The notes: generated from the letters alone by a model not told the origin. DNA of 64,000 bases from Rebecca billardiae RCC1528 (GCA_965240325.2 OZ251231.1:1550001-1614000); one strand, 5' to 3'. Counted from the first letter of the stretch, positions 21,863 through 33,703 are shown. Program-made: numbers and translations.

Positions 21863-24800
21863 ATGGCGGACGACGGGGGCCTCACGCTTCCATGGCTGGA
21901 GCGCCGTCTCGCAGAGTTGCTCGGGGCCGAAATGAGCCACACTGACCTGGCGAACATGCTCCTTGAGATGAGTGACGCGGATCTCGAATCATACGCCGTC
22001 GTTCTTCTCGGCGACGATGCCGGCGCCGCATTTGGGCGCGAGCTCATCGAGCAACGCAAGCGTTCGCCGCCCGGCGCGAGCGCGAGCGGCTCGGAGGGCG
22101 GCGCCCGCGGCGCGCGGCCAGTCACACCACCTTCGGCAGCGGCGGAGGACGCCAAGGATGCCTTCTACCGCCTGGGTGCCGCGGCCACCAAGCCGGCACG
22201 AGACGAGAGACCCAAGGGCGGTGCGGGTGGCGGCGGTGGGGCGAAGAAGAAGAAGGCCGCGGCAAACGAGGCGGCTGCGCGCGACGCACGGCGAGGCGCC
22301 GCGTCGAACACGCTCCCTGGGCGGCGCATGTGCACCTGCCTCGCCACGCGCCACGCGCTGCTCACCAACTGCCTCTCGTGCGGCAACATCGTGTGCGAGC
22401 AGCAAGGAGACGGCGAGTGTCTGTCGTGCGGCTCTGACCCGGACGTGTGCGCGCCGGCCGCCGGCCGCGAGCTGGGCGAGGGCGCGTCCGAGAAGGCGTT
22501 CGCGCATCGAGACAAGCTTCTCCACTTCGAGCGCACCTCGGCGAAGCGCTCCGTCGTCATCGACGACCAGGTCGACTACTGGGACACGACTGCCGACGCG
22601 TGGCTCTCCGCGTCCGAGCGTGAGGCGAACGCAGAGCGGCGGCGCGAGGCGGCGGAGCGCCTGGAGGCGGCCAAGCGCGAGCTCACGGTCTCGATCGACG
22701 TGGGCGCGGGCGAGGTGGTGCAGGAGTCGCTGGGCTATCGGCGCGCGGGCGAGGAGCTCGCGCTCACAGGCGCGGGGCCTCAGGCGTCGGCCGCGCCGCG
22801 CTCGGCTGGCGGCGGCGGCGGCGGCGGGAACGGCTGTGCCGACGGCGCGACCGGCGGCGCTGGGCCGCACGCCTCCCAGCTGGATGCCGCTCTCGCCTTC
22901 ATCGCGCCATGGCGTCCACCGCCGGTGGCAGGCTCGCTCGGTGGCGGTGGTGCTGCGAGCGCCGCCGCCGCGTCCACACCCGCTGCAGCCGGCCGCGGCG
23001 CTGCCGCCGGCGGCAGTGGCGGCGGCGGTGCCGGTCCGAGCGCTGCCGCCCGCCCGAGCCTGGTGAACCCTTGGGTGAGGGAGGAGGACCGCCCTCGGTT
23101 CAAGAGCCGCGGGCAGCCGGGCGCCGAGGGCGAGCCGTCCGCCTCGGACGGCGTGCGCGAGCGCGCGTGGGCGGAGGGCCTTCGGCACTCGGCAGCCGCG
23201 GCCAGCGCGCGCGTGCAGGTGCGCGCGCGCCCGCGCCTGCGCCCTGCCCGATCCGGGGGCGCGCCAAGGCGGGACGTGTGCGTGATGGGCGCACGCGCCC
23301 ATCCCAGCGCGCTCGCGCGGGCCACGCCGCCCTCGAGCCGCCCGCATCGCACGCTCGAAAGCTCACCGCCGCCCGCGCCGCCGCCCCCGCCGCCCGCGCC
23401 GCCGCCCCCGCCCCCGCGCCGCGCTCGGGGCTCAGCACGGCAACCCCTGGCTGGCGGCCATCCTGGAGGTCGAGCAGAGGGGTGGCGGGGCGTCCGGCGA
23501 GCCCGGGCTCTCCGGCTTCGAGGCGGAGGTCGCGCGCGCGCAGGCGGAGCGGCAGGCGGCGCTCGCTGCGGAGCTCGCGGCGCAGGAGGCGGCGCAGGAG
23601 CCACCGCCGTGTGGCGGCGGCGGCGGCGCGGCGGCGCGAGGCGCCGAGCTTGCTGCAGCCGATGGGCCCGCGCTCGGGCCGGCGTGGGCGGACGCGCGCG
23701 CGTGCCTCAGCCTCCATCAGCCGTGGGCGTCGCTCGTCGTCTCCGGCGCGAAGGCGGTGGAGGGCCGCAGCTGGAGCTCCGCGCACCGCGGTCCGCTCTT
23801 CATCGCCTCGACTGCGCGCGTGCCTACCGATCTCGAGATCGCGACAGTCCTGGACGAGTACGCGAGGCTCTTTGAGAGGCGGCGCGCGGCGGTGGCCGCC
23901 GCGCGCGCGGCGGGCGTGCCCGCGCCGTGGCCCGCCGAGCCGCCGCCCCTGCCGACCGCGTTCCCCGCCGGCGCGCTGCTCGGCGCGGTCGAGCTCGCCG
24001 ATGTCCTGAACGAAGCTGAATACGAGGCGCGGTACCCGGACGAGAGGACACGCGAGGAGAACGGCTCGGCGGCCCTCTTCCTGCTAGCGCGGCCGCGCGC
24101 GCTGCCCGTGCCGCTGCGGCAGAGGGGCGAGCACAAGATCTACCAGCTCGACTCGAGGGTCGCCGCCGACGCGCGCGCCGCGCTGCTCAGCGTCGCGGAG
24201 ACGCTCGAGTGGCACCGCGCCGGCAGCGGGTGGAGCGACGTGGCAGGCGCGGCGGCGGTGGGCGCGAGCGCTGACGGCGGCGCGGACGCAGTGCCACGCG
24301 CTGCGTCCGACGGCGGCGGCACAGGCACGGGTGGCGCGGATGGCGGGCCAGGTGGCAGCGGTGGCGGTGGCAGCGGTGCTCGGCTCGATCTGCTCGAGGC
24401 GCACGCACTCGCCGCCGCGGCACCGCGCGCGCGCATCGCGCTCGCGCCCGTGCGCGCGCGCGCGGAGGGCGGCGCGCGCGTGCTGCAGGACGGCGTCGTG
24501 CTGCTGCGCGGCGCGGTCGACCTGGCCGCGCAGAACGCGGTGGTGGCGCTGTGCCGGGAGCTGGGCGTGGGCGAGGCCGGCTTCTACACGCCGCTCGTGC
24601 GCGACGGCGCGCGCATGCGCCTGCAGATGTTCTGCCTGGGCAAGCACTGGGAGCCGAGCACGCAGCGTTATCAGGACAGCCGCGAGGCGCCGGGCGGCCC
24701 GGCCGTCCGGCCGCCGCCCATCCCGCCTGAGTTGTGGGCGGTGGTCGAGAGCGCCGCGGCCGAGGCGAGCGCTGCGTGCCCGAGCGTGCCGCGCGTCGCG

Positions 24801-25139
24801 CCTGGCATCTGCCTCGTCAACCACTACGCGCACGCCGGCCGGCTGGCCTTCCACCAGGACACGTCCGAGTCGGCCGCGTCCATCGAGCGAGGCTCGCCCG
24901 TCGTCTCGCTCTCGATCGGCGACGCGGCCGACTTTGCCATCGCGGACCACCACCCAGACAGCGCACCGCCGGGCGCGCCGAAGCCTCGGGTCGTCCGTCT
25001 CGAGAGCGGCGACGTCCTCGTCTTCGGCGGGCCGGCGCGGCTCGCGTGGCACGCCGTGCAGCAGATCCACCGCAGGCAGCGCCCAGAGGGGCTTCGCATG
25101 GTCCCCGGCCGCCTCAACCTGACGTTCCGCGAGCTGTGA
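21863..25139 (+). CDS. TRIP4/ASC-1 homolog (zf-C2HC5 + ASCH) fused to AlkB-family 2OG-Fe(II) dioxygenase; intron 23219-23435
   Basis: CTCLATRHALLTNCLSCGNIVCEQQGDGECLSC and VIDDQVDYW; ASCH CLSLHQPWASLVVSGAKAVEGRSW..HRGPLFIAS; AlkB CLVNHY..GRLAFHQD, VVSLSIG, LESGDVLVFGGPARLAWHAV, GRLNLTFR. Intron phase checked. Confidence 0.88.
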
Positions 25140-25469
25140 CGGCCGAGTCTGGGACAGTAATACTGGCATCAGTGACGACGATGCCGCCGATGATGATCCG
25201 CAGTCCGCCCGCAGCAGCCGCAATACGCGTCACGGAGTCGCATCGTCATATATCGTCGTATATGTATCTCACTGCAGGCTGTCGCAGGCCAGCCGTCAGC
25301 CCGCGTCTGAAATGAATCAGATTCAGCAGTCATCATCCCGGCGCTGAACGAACGTCGAACCGCCGGTCGGATCGCGCGCTGCCGCCGCCTACTGCTCGTC
25401 AGCATTACGCAATAATCAAAAAGGTCGTACGCGAGCTGAGCTCGAGCGACGATGTAATTGCGCGCGCGC

Positions 25470-26090
25470 TTACTGCTGGGGACACTGCACGTCGCCGTTC
25501 GCGCCCGCCTGTGCCGCGGGGTCGTCCGCTGTTCCGAGCTTGCGCCGCGCCACAGCCGCCTCGCGCTCGGCCGCCATCAGCTGTTGTGGCTTCTTGTACT
25601 GGATGATGAGCGTGTTGTTCTCGTGCGTCCAGTCGAGCGCGTCAGCACTGAGGGGTAGCTTCAGGCGGTCCATGTCCTCTATCGCGATACGCTTGTAGTA
25701 TTTCTTGTTCGACGTGCGCACGACCACCTTGCGGTCTGCCTCGTCGAGCGTCACTGAGTACGTTGACTTGGGGTAGGGGAGGTTGCGGACGCGCCACTCG
25801 AAGCAGTCTATGCGGTCCGCGCGGGTGAAGACTGGATTGGCAGTGTTCTCCGCCAAGGTCTCGTTGGCGACCGTCGCGCGCGGCGGCGGCGCCCCCACCT
25901 CGTACACCCAGTCCAGCTCGCGGCCGAGCACCGTTTTCGCTCGCCGCTTGCGCACGAGCAGCTGATCTGTCTGCAAGTCGAACTCCTCGATCACCTCAGC
26001 CCCGTCGGGCAGGACGGTGGACACCTTCTTGCGCCCGCCGGTGATGATCGCCGTCTGCTTCGCGCCGGGAGGTGCTGGAAGCGCGCACAT
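25470..26090 (-). CDS. DPCD: DPCD protein
   Basis: GRKKVSTVLPDGAEVIEEFD, NPVFTRAD..FEWRVRNLPYP, VVRTSNKKYYKRI, HENNTLIIQYKKP, C-terminal CPQQ. Confidence 0.92.
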   Translation of the reverse strand: MCALPAPPGAKQTAIITGGRKKVSTVLPDGAEVIEEFDLQTDQLLVRKRRAKTVLGRELDWVYEVGAPPPRATVANETLAENTANPVFTRADRIDCFEWRVRNLPYPKSTYSVTLDEADRKVVVRTSNKKYYKRIAIEDMDRLKLPLSADALDWTHENNTLIIQYKKPQQLMAAEREAAVARRKLGTADDPAAQAGANGDVQCPQQ

Positions 26091-26315
26091 GGGCCTTCTC
26101 CGGGCCGTTGGCGTCGGACGTTGAGGGCCGCGAGACCGCCGCAGCGGGCGCCGCTGCTCCTGACCAGCCGGAGCGGCTCCGCCAGAATGGCGGAAACCGG
26201 GAAAAATCAAAAAACGAGGAAGGAGAAAAAGAAAAGAGCTTGTCAAGAACTGCTCGACACGAGCACGGCGGCCGCTTTCCGTTGAGCATCGGTTTCGAGA
26301 CAGCTGGCTGCAAGG

Positions 26316-26965
26316 ATGGCTGCCAACTCTCTGGTGCGCAACGCCTCGGCGCAGCGCCTGCACGCGGCGGTGGGGGGCGGCAAGCTGCCCAGGTGCGCAC
26401 GACGAGTCGGTCAGGCCTAACGCGTGGGCATGCGCCACCCCCGCCACGCCCACTCCTCCGCCCGCGCAGCAAATCGAAGAGACGCTCAAGCGGATCCAAA
26501 CGGCGACCAACGTGGAGGGGTACATCATTTCAGACGAGGTGGGGAATGTCTTGCGAACGACCTACACAGATGAGGGCGAGAAAGATCTCGTGGCAAAGCT
26601 CTCCGCAGACCTCCCGGCGCTGGCCGAGCGCGCCTCCTCCGCTGTGCGCGACCTGGATCCCACGGTGAGTGCGGCGCTGCGCCCTGGCATGTCAGGGCAC
26701 ACCTGCACTATGACTCACTCGACACGAGCGCCCCGGCCATTCGCCACGTGCGTCGCGCAGAATGTGATGCGCTTCGTCCGCGTGCAGACAAGGAAGAAGG
26801 AGCTCATGATCTCGAAAGGTGAGTACGCAGGCGTGCGCGCGTGCTGCTTACTGCACGCCCTCCCATACCGCCCGGCTCACAAAGGCGCGTGCCCTCGCCA
26901 CACGATGTTGCGCAGATACCGGCTTCGTCCTGATGGTCGTGCAGGGCTCTGTCAAGGCGGAGTAA
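26316..26965 (+). CDS. Dynein light chain roadblock/LC7, 4 exons
   Basis: Spliced MAANSL|QIEETLKRIQTATNVEGYII...ASSAVRDLDPT|NVMRFVRVQTRKKELMISK|DTGFVLMVVQ; canonical GT-AG introns. Confidence 0.9.
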
Positions 26966-27690
26966 CGTGAGGTGAGATGGGAGAGCCAGAGTTGACTGGC
27001 AAGAGATACAGAGGCGGCCTGGCGCGGACGGGCTCCCGCCCCCGAGCGGCCCGACTCCCACGGGCACCGGTGACCGGAGCGGGGATTGCCCGCACGGTCC
27101 AATAACGACGTCTCCCCTTGAACCAACCACCAGTCCTTAGCAGACGACTCTGAGTGAGAGTACGGTGAGACGTACGGTCACTCAGCAGACTCACGGACTA
27201 CATGCACAGTAGTAGTAGTCACTAATACTTAGTTAGCAGGCTGATTAGCCTCCGACCGCCGCCTGGCACGGATGACGCCGACGGATGATGATTGATCAGT
27301 GAATTTAATTGATGACGGGATGTCGACTACTCGAATCTGCTCGATGCCACGGTCCGAGATCTATGGCGCTCGGCCCGTCAACTCCACGGGCACTATACTC
27401 TCCATATATCGGTCCATGACCACCGCACCCTACCAGGCCACCATCACCACGGCGGCACGGACTGGACCAGGACCTGGACTGACACTATAGTGTGAGTAAG
27501 TGTCAGTAGTGACAGAGACCAGGACCACCACCGTCCACCCGCCCGAGTGACCCGGCGCCTTGTGGTGATACCACTGAGATCACCCGAGCGGACGGCGCCC
27601 TAGAGCGCGGCAGAGCAGGAGTTGGAGGAAGGGCACGCGGGACGATTCATCAGTCTTCAGAGCGCACGCACCCACGTCGGAGGGCGCGCA

Positions 27691-30234
27691 TCAACTCGCC
27701 ACCTCGGCAGGGCCCAGCAGCTCCCACGCCCACTGCATGAGCACCGCCGTGCTCGGCGCGCGCGCCGCACGCGAGCCGGGGTCGTGCGCGCCGGGCTTGA
27801 GCTCCTGCCAGAATCGGAGCGGCATGCCGCACTCCATCGCGACGCCAGAGGGCGTGAAGTACGTGTTGTTGCGCAGCCGCGTCGCGCCCGGCGGGTTGCA
27901 CTCCAGGTCGCCCACGCTGTCCGCCGTGAGCACCGCGCGGTTGTGCGCGAAGCTGAGCGCTCGCCCCTCGAGCTGCCGGGCGTGGTTCATCACAGCACCG
28001 GTCATCCGCAGGTAGAGGTTACCCACGTGGGTACTGTCGTGCCCGCCGTAGTCCGACTTGAGGCCGTAGTCGCCGTAAGCGAGCACGTTCCGCCGCGCGA
28101 GGTAGCCCGCCGAGCCATCGTCGTTGTCGATCGCCCACTGCCGCCCGTGGTGCCACCGCTCGACGATGAGCAAGTTGCGCTCGAGCGTGCGCGGCAGCAT
28201 GGAGACGGATGGCGCGCCGCGCCGCGCGTAGCCGGTCAGGAAGGGCTGCCGGTCCCAGCTGTTGAACGGGCCGTGGTCGGAGGACTCACGGCACGTGCCA
28301 AACACGAGGTTGCGCGCGAGCACGTCGCCCCCGCCAAACCCGTCGTTCAGGCTGATCCCGGCGCGCGGCCCGTTGAAGAAGACGTTCGCCTCGACGCGCG
28401 AGCGCGCGGCCTTGGCCTGCACGAAGAACGAAGACTGCTTCGTGAAGAGCCCGACCTCGCGCGCCACGTTGCCGAGCACGAGGGTGCGGTCGGGGTGCTC
28501 GCCGTCCGTGCCGTCCACGCCGGCCGGGCTCGGCACGAGCCGCCCGCCCTCCCCGCGCTCCACCTCGCGCGTGCGGCCCCACGCCACAATGGCCGAGCCG
28601 CCGAGCAGCTCAAAGTTGCTCCCGACAACGCTCACGTTGCGCGCGCGCCCCGAGATGAGGAGGGCGTGGCCGTCGAGCCGGGTGAAGTTGCACGCGGACA
28701 CGCGCGCGCGCTCGACGCCTTCGAGCACGACGGCCGCCGTGCGCTCGAGCGACCAGTCGCCGCCCGAGAGCACGGCGTGCGGCTCCATGAACGACGGGCG
28801 TGTGGCCGTGATCTCGAGGCCGGAGATCTCGAGGTCGCGCACGGGGCGCGCGGCGCTGCCGCGCACGAGCACGAGCGAGATGAGCGAGGGGACGACGAGC
28901 TGCGTGCCCGCGGGCGGCGGCGCGGCGATAGGCTCGCCGTCCGCCCCGGCGGCGCCGCCGCGGGGCGCGTCGTACCACAGGTAGAGCTCGCGCCGCGCTT
29001 CGTCAAAGTACCACTCGCCCGGCGCGTCCAGCTCCTCGAGAAGATTCTCAACGTGCAGCTCGCCGCCGCTCGGCGCGCCGCGCGCGCCCTGGAAGCCACC
29101 ACGGCCGAAGTGGAAGGCGTGGCTGCCGTCTTCGGCGTGCACGCTATAGTTTGCCACGTCGAACATCCAGTTCTCCCACCGCCCCGGGTGCCACACGTGC
29201 ACGAGCGCGCGGCGCGCGCGCGCGAGGTCGTAAGGGCCGTTGGGCAGAGCGTGCGCACGCAGCCGCACGCCTGACGGTGTGCCAAACATGCTCGCGCCGC
29301 CGCCCGTCGCGTGCTTCGAGCACCAGAAGGAGACGGGCGGGTCGAAGACTTCACACGGCCCTCCCACGCCCACGGTGTACCGCTGGAACCACCCATCCGA
29401 CGAGCCGTTCCGCCAGCGCCGCGGCTCGTCGTCGACGTAGCTCTGTGCGGGCGTGGCGGGTGCGCGCGGCGCCATCCATTGCGTGACATTCGCGGTCGAA
29501 ATCACGCTGCCGTAGCGGGGGGAGACCTCGATGCCGCCGGGCAGGTTGGGGAAGCGCGCGCGGGTGGCGCGCACGCCATCGACGAGCAGCGAGCGCACGC
29601 CCGCCGCGGGCAGATCCACGTCTTTGAGCGATGCACGCCACACGTTCCGGCCACGCGACACGTCGTGTGCCCGCCACCGCAGCGGCTGCAAGCGCTTGCC
29701 GCCGGCAAGGACAGCGCGCTCCCCGACAGAGCCGCGCACACGGAGCCCGGAGTGCTCGGGTCCGAGCATGAGCGGCTGCTCCAGCCAGTAGGTGCCACCT
29801 CGCAGCACGACCTCGCCGCGCAGCGCCTGCGAACGCGCATAGCGCGCGAGCGCGGCGCGCGGGGTGCGCAGAGGCAACTCTGCAGTCCCGGCGTTGGCAT
29901 CGTCGCCGATGGTGGGGTCGACGTGGATGACGAGCCCGGTGGCGTGCACGTCCACCGGCGTGTACTCAGCGCGATCCCAGCCCGCGGGCTCCCACGAGCC
30001 TCGCCCCGAGACAGGCGCGCACGTGCGAATCGCGCACGCCTCGCTCTCGAGAGCAGCCTGCAGCTCGACAAAGCGGCCGCGCGCGGGCAGCAGCCGCGTG
30101 CCGAAGCAGTAGGCCAGCCGGCGCAGCTCACAGTCGAAGTCGTCGTCACCGGCGTCAGGCTGCGCCGCGCCGCCGTGCCGCGCGAGTTGGGCCAGCAGCA
30201 ACCCGACGATCACGACTCGGCCGTCCACGCCCAT
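27691..30234 (-). CDS. Secreted right-handed parallel beta-helix protein (putative carbohydrate-active enzyme)
   Basis: Signal peptide; GDDANAGTAELPLRT, LRGGTYWL, ENLLEELDAPGEWYFD, FNGPRAGISLNDGFGGG, CRESSDHGPFNSWDRQP, IDNDDGS. Confidence 0.8.
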   Translation of the reverse strand: MGVDGRVVIVGLLLAQLARHGGAAQPDAGDDDFDCELRRLAYCFGTRLLPARGRFVELQAALESEACAIRTCAPVSGRGSWEPAGWDRAEYTPVDVHATGLVIHVDPTIGDDANAGTAELPLRTPRAALARYARSQALRGEVVLRGGTYWLEQPLMLGPEHSGLRVRGSVGERAVLAGGKRLQPLRWRAHDVSRGRNVWRASLKDVDLPAAGVRSLLVDGVRATRARFPNLPGGIEVSPRYGSVISTANVTQWMAPRAPATPAQSYVDDEPRRWRNGSSDGWFQRYTVGVGGPCEVFDPPVSFWCSKHATGGGASMFGTPSGVRLRAHALPNGPYDLARARRALVHVWHPGRWENWMFDVANYSVHAEDGSHAFHFGRGGFQGARGAPSGGELHVENLLEELDAPGEWYFDEARRELYLWYDAPRGGAAGADGEPIAAPPPAGTQLVVPSLISLVLVRGSAARPVRDLEISGLEITATRPSFMEPHAVLSGGDWSLERTAAVVLEGVERARVSACNFTRLDGHALLISGRARNVSVVGSNFELLGGSAIVAWGRTREVERGEGGRLVPSPAGVDGTDGEHPDRTLVLGNVAREVGLFTKQSSFFVQAKAARSRVEANVFFNGPRAGISLNDGFGGGDVLARNLVFGTCRESSDHGPFNSWDRQPFLTGYARRGAPSVSMLPRTLERNLLIVERWHHGRQWAIDNDDGSAGYLARRNVLAYGDYGLKSDYGGHDSTHVGNLYLRMTGAVMNHARQLEGRALSFAHNRAVLTADSVGDLECNPPGATRLRNNTYFTPSGVAMECGMPLRFWQELKPGAHDPGSRAARAPSTAVLMQWAWELLGPAEVAS

Positions 30235-30769
30235 CGGTCCACCGATGGTGGTCTCCGGCGAGTCTCGTCACCAAACTTGGGCCCAAGATTTTTTGGGGCG
30301 ATGGCCCCCCCAAAAAAATGGCCGACTCGACCGGCGTGGCGGGTTTGGCAGTCCGTCCGCGGCGATTATCGCATTATGACTGCCGACGCCGAGTTGGCAT
30401 CGTCCCGGACTTGACCCCGGACCACCCGCCCCCCCCCCCGGCGCGCACGCCCCTCCCGGCTCGGTCTCGGCGCATATGCAGCGGCATCCCCGGACTCAGT
30501 GTGTGTGCTGCAAGCAGCCGCTCGACTTTGCGGCGCAACGCAGGAATTGGAAAGCGAGCGGCGGTCATTAGATTTAGACTCCGATTAGCCCGGCGGCAGC
30601 GGAAGGTTTGGAGAGTGACCTGCCAAACATTGGCCGGGGTGATGCGGTGACTACTCAAAAGCGGCGAACGCTGGAATCATCACCCCTGCGCGGCATGGAT
30701 AGCCCTCTCGCGGGACTCGGGGACTTTGACCCAGCGATAGTATTAATGAACCAGCCAGCATGCTCCTCA

Positions 30770-32588
30770 TCAGCCGAGCCGTTGGCTTGCCCGCCACGCG
30801 CGCGCAATCACAGCGTCAAAGGCAGAGACCGCATCACATATGTCACCATGATGTCCGCCCACGCAGTCGTCTCGCTGGTAGACGAAGTATGGGAGCACAC
30901 GCTGCAGCTCGGCACGCATCCGTGCTAGCCGAGTTGTGTTGAGGCCCAGCTTGTACAGGGCGTCCAGCCACAGCCTCTTGCCAGCCACCGGCTGCTGCTC
31001 AATCTGCCTCGCGGGCACGAATGTGCTGAAATGCTCGTACTGCAGCACAAGGGTGCCACCCTCGCCGATAGTGATGGTGCTTCCGGCAGCAGTGGCAGCG
31101 GTGCTGCTTGCGGAGACGGTGGGCGCGCCATCGGTGCCTGCCAACGGCAGCGGTGCCCGCCAGGCCCACCAGGCGGGCTCGCCTTCGACAAAGGATCGAT
31201 GGCCATCCTCGATGAATGCGACGATGCACCCGGAGAGCATGGCTGCATACGCGTGCGAGCGGCCCTTCTCGTCGCCGGGCGGCTCGATCACCACCTCGGC
31301 GTGGACCAGCGCTTGGTGCGCAATTGTGCTTGCATTGGTGCTCGCGCTGAGGTTTGCACAGCGCCTTCATGTTCTTCGTGCTGCACTTGCCCCTCTTCGC
31401 GTGGGCCCACATGGTGCGCTGCACGTGTGGGCGCACCGTCTGCATGCTCTGGAACTGGCCCTTGCCGCGCCTTACCGAGTCGGCGTCGTACAGCACGGCA
31501 ATTGGTCGCCCGTCACTTGGTTGCGCGGTCCAATCGACTGCGTGGTCCATACCCACTGTGCATGGTAGCGTCACGAGCAGGGGGCCGCCGCCGAAGCTTT
31601 TGAGCCGCGAGCCACGAGTCTCCGCCTCTGCAATGAGCTGCTCCCTCCGCCTCTGCTCCTCCTCGGCGCCGTCCCGCCAGCTGCACGCGCTCCTGCGTCC
31701 GCACAGCTGTTCAATGTGCTCGGTAGGGCGTGAGCTCATCTGCATGCCGAGTATGAGCCGGTCCAAGAATCCAGGCGGCTGCTGCCCCAGGACTTCGACG
31801 CTCCAGCCCATGTCGATAGGATCAAACGAGCGCGGCTCGACGACCACCACCACGCGTGCGAGAGGCCCCGCATGCGCGTGCACTGCACTCACACCCTGTA
31901 GGCCCTTCTCCGGGCGCAAGAAGAGTCTACCCACAGCCGTCCAGTAAGCGTGAGCCAAGGAACGCGTCAGGCACTGTCGCCTCCCGTTCTCCATGTCGCA
32001 GTTCATGAGGTACCAGTGCAGCCGCATCGAGGGCACGTACACAACGTCTGCCTCGCACCAGCGCGCTGATTGGGCCCTGCTCTCCAGCTCGGCTGTGCTG
32101 CGCGCGCCGTCGCCGCAGATGATAGTGCCCGCGCGGCGCAGCACCCTCGACAGCACGTACCGCTCGTGCGCCACCTGGTCGTACCAGCGGCCGCCCAGCG
32201 CGGGTCTGTTGGGCCCGCTGTGGTGGACGCACAAGTCAGCGGGCACCGTGGCCACGACACCTTTTCTTCCAAGCAGCTCGTCTCTGCCGCACGACACGAG
32301 AGACGAGTTGAAGAGGTAGTCGGGGGAGAGAATGGTCGCATTGAGCACGCTCATTGATGGCAGCAGCGTGGGCGGCCCAGCGTCCCATCCACCGGCGAGG
32401 GAGGCCATCTGCACGAGCCACGGTGCTTTGGAGTGGTCAACGCTGCAGTTATCTCCACGGTCATGCGCGAATACGTCGCGAAAGAGTTCGCTCACCGCCA
32501 CGCGTGGGCGTGCACGCGTGGGCGGCGTGTCCTCGCCTGTGATGCCGCGGACGAGGGCAGCGAACACAACCAGCTTGCGTGCAGCCAT
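30770..32588 (-). CDS. Exostosin/GT47-like glycosyltransferase with apparent 1-nt frameshift near 31354
   Basis: Signal/anchor; ADVVYVP; C-terminal VIEPPGD..RSHAYAAMLSGCI and RLARMRAELQRVLPYFVY lie in a second frame. Confidence 0.62.
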
Positions 32589-32794
32589 CGCCTGCGCTCG
32601 CCGAAACGATTGATGGTCGCCGACCAATTACGCCTCGACTTGCCCGTTGTCGGAGTAGCCATGGATGTGGGGGACGGGACACCGGTGCGACGCCTTGGCG
32701 GCCGGAGGAGGCCAGGAGTCCGGGAGCCAAGGCGCTGGGTGCGTACCAGGACTGGTGGTAAAAACGTCCAATCTGCAATCTCGCGTCCGCAGCC

Positions 32795-33703
32795 ATGGCC
32801 GACGACCCGCTCGCGAGCGTGGTGAGTGACCTGAAGAGCAAGATGCCCGCCGGGAGCTCAGAGCCGGCCAAGGCGCCGGCTAAACCTAGAGCCACGACGG
32901 GCTCCTCCACATCCGCCGCCCAGAAGCCAGGGGCTTCGGGATTCAGCACCGCGCACGGCAGCGCGGGCGGCGCCAGCAAGCGGTCAGACCCGACTCGCGC
33001 ATTCGCGGCCAAGCTCGACACGGAGGAGTTCCACCGGCGGCACGACGATCTCTCACAGGGCGTCGCGGAGCGGCTACGTCTCGTCGCGGGCGAGTTGCAC
33101 ACGCTCAAGCGGCTACAGGCCGAGCTCCACGCGCTCACTGGGCCGGGCCGGAAGAGCGTCGAGGAGATGCGCACGCAGATCACACACCTGAGCGTCGAGG
33201 TGGAGCAGGCGCGGCAGGTGTTCGAGGCGGACAAGGCGGCGCTCGCCGAGGCGGACGAGCGCGTGCGCAAGCACTCCGAGCTCAAGGAGGCGCTGATGGA
33301 GCGGCTCGCGCAGATCGTCGCGCAGAACGAGGCCGCCAAGCTCGCCAAGCTCAACGAGCTGATGGGCTCGCTTGAGCACCTCGAGGACGACGACGACGTG
33401 AGCCACGCGCGCGCGTCGGCGGCCGCGGCGGCCGCGGCGGCGGCCGAGGCGGTGAAGCGCGGCGGGACGGTGTCCTCTGAGGAGCTCCTCAAGCATGCGG
33501 CGCGGGTGGGCAGCGCCTCCTCCGAGGGCGCACCGAGTGGCACCGCACGGTCAGCCGGGTCAGCGTGCGGGCCATCGGATCATTCGCAAGCTGCGCCATC
33601 GCAGCGTGCCTCGGGGCCGCCACCGCCCGCAGCGACACACAGCGCGGCAAAGCAGCCGACGACGGCGCTGGTCGAGGAGGCCCCGGCATTTGATGGCTTC
33701 TGA
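32795..33703 (+). CDS. RAB6-interacting golgin (GORAB)-like coiled-coil protein
   Basis: ELHALTGPGRKSVEEMRTQI...KEALMERLAQIVAQNEAAKLAKLNELMGSL resembles the GORAB domain. Confidence 0.7.
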   Translation: MADDPLASVVSDLKSKMPAGSSEPAKAPAKPRATTGSSTSAAQKPGASGFSTAHGSAGGASKRSDPTRAFAAKLDTEEFHRRHDDLSQGVAERLRLVAGELHTLKRLQAELHALTGPGRKSVEEMRTQITHLSVEVEQARQVFEADKAALAEADERVRKHSELKEALMERLAQIVAQNEAAKLAKLNELMGSLEHLEDDDDVSHARASAAAAAAAAAEAVKRGGTVSSEELLKHAARVGSASSEGAPSGTARSAGSACGPSDHSQAAPSQRASGPPPPAATHSAAKQPTTALVEEAPAFDGF

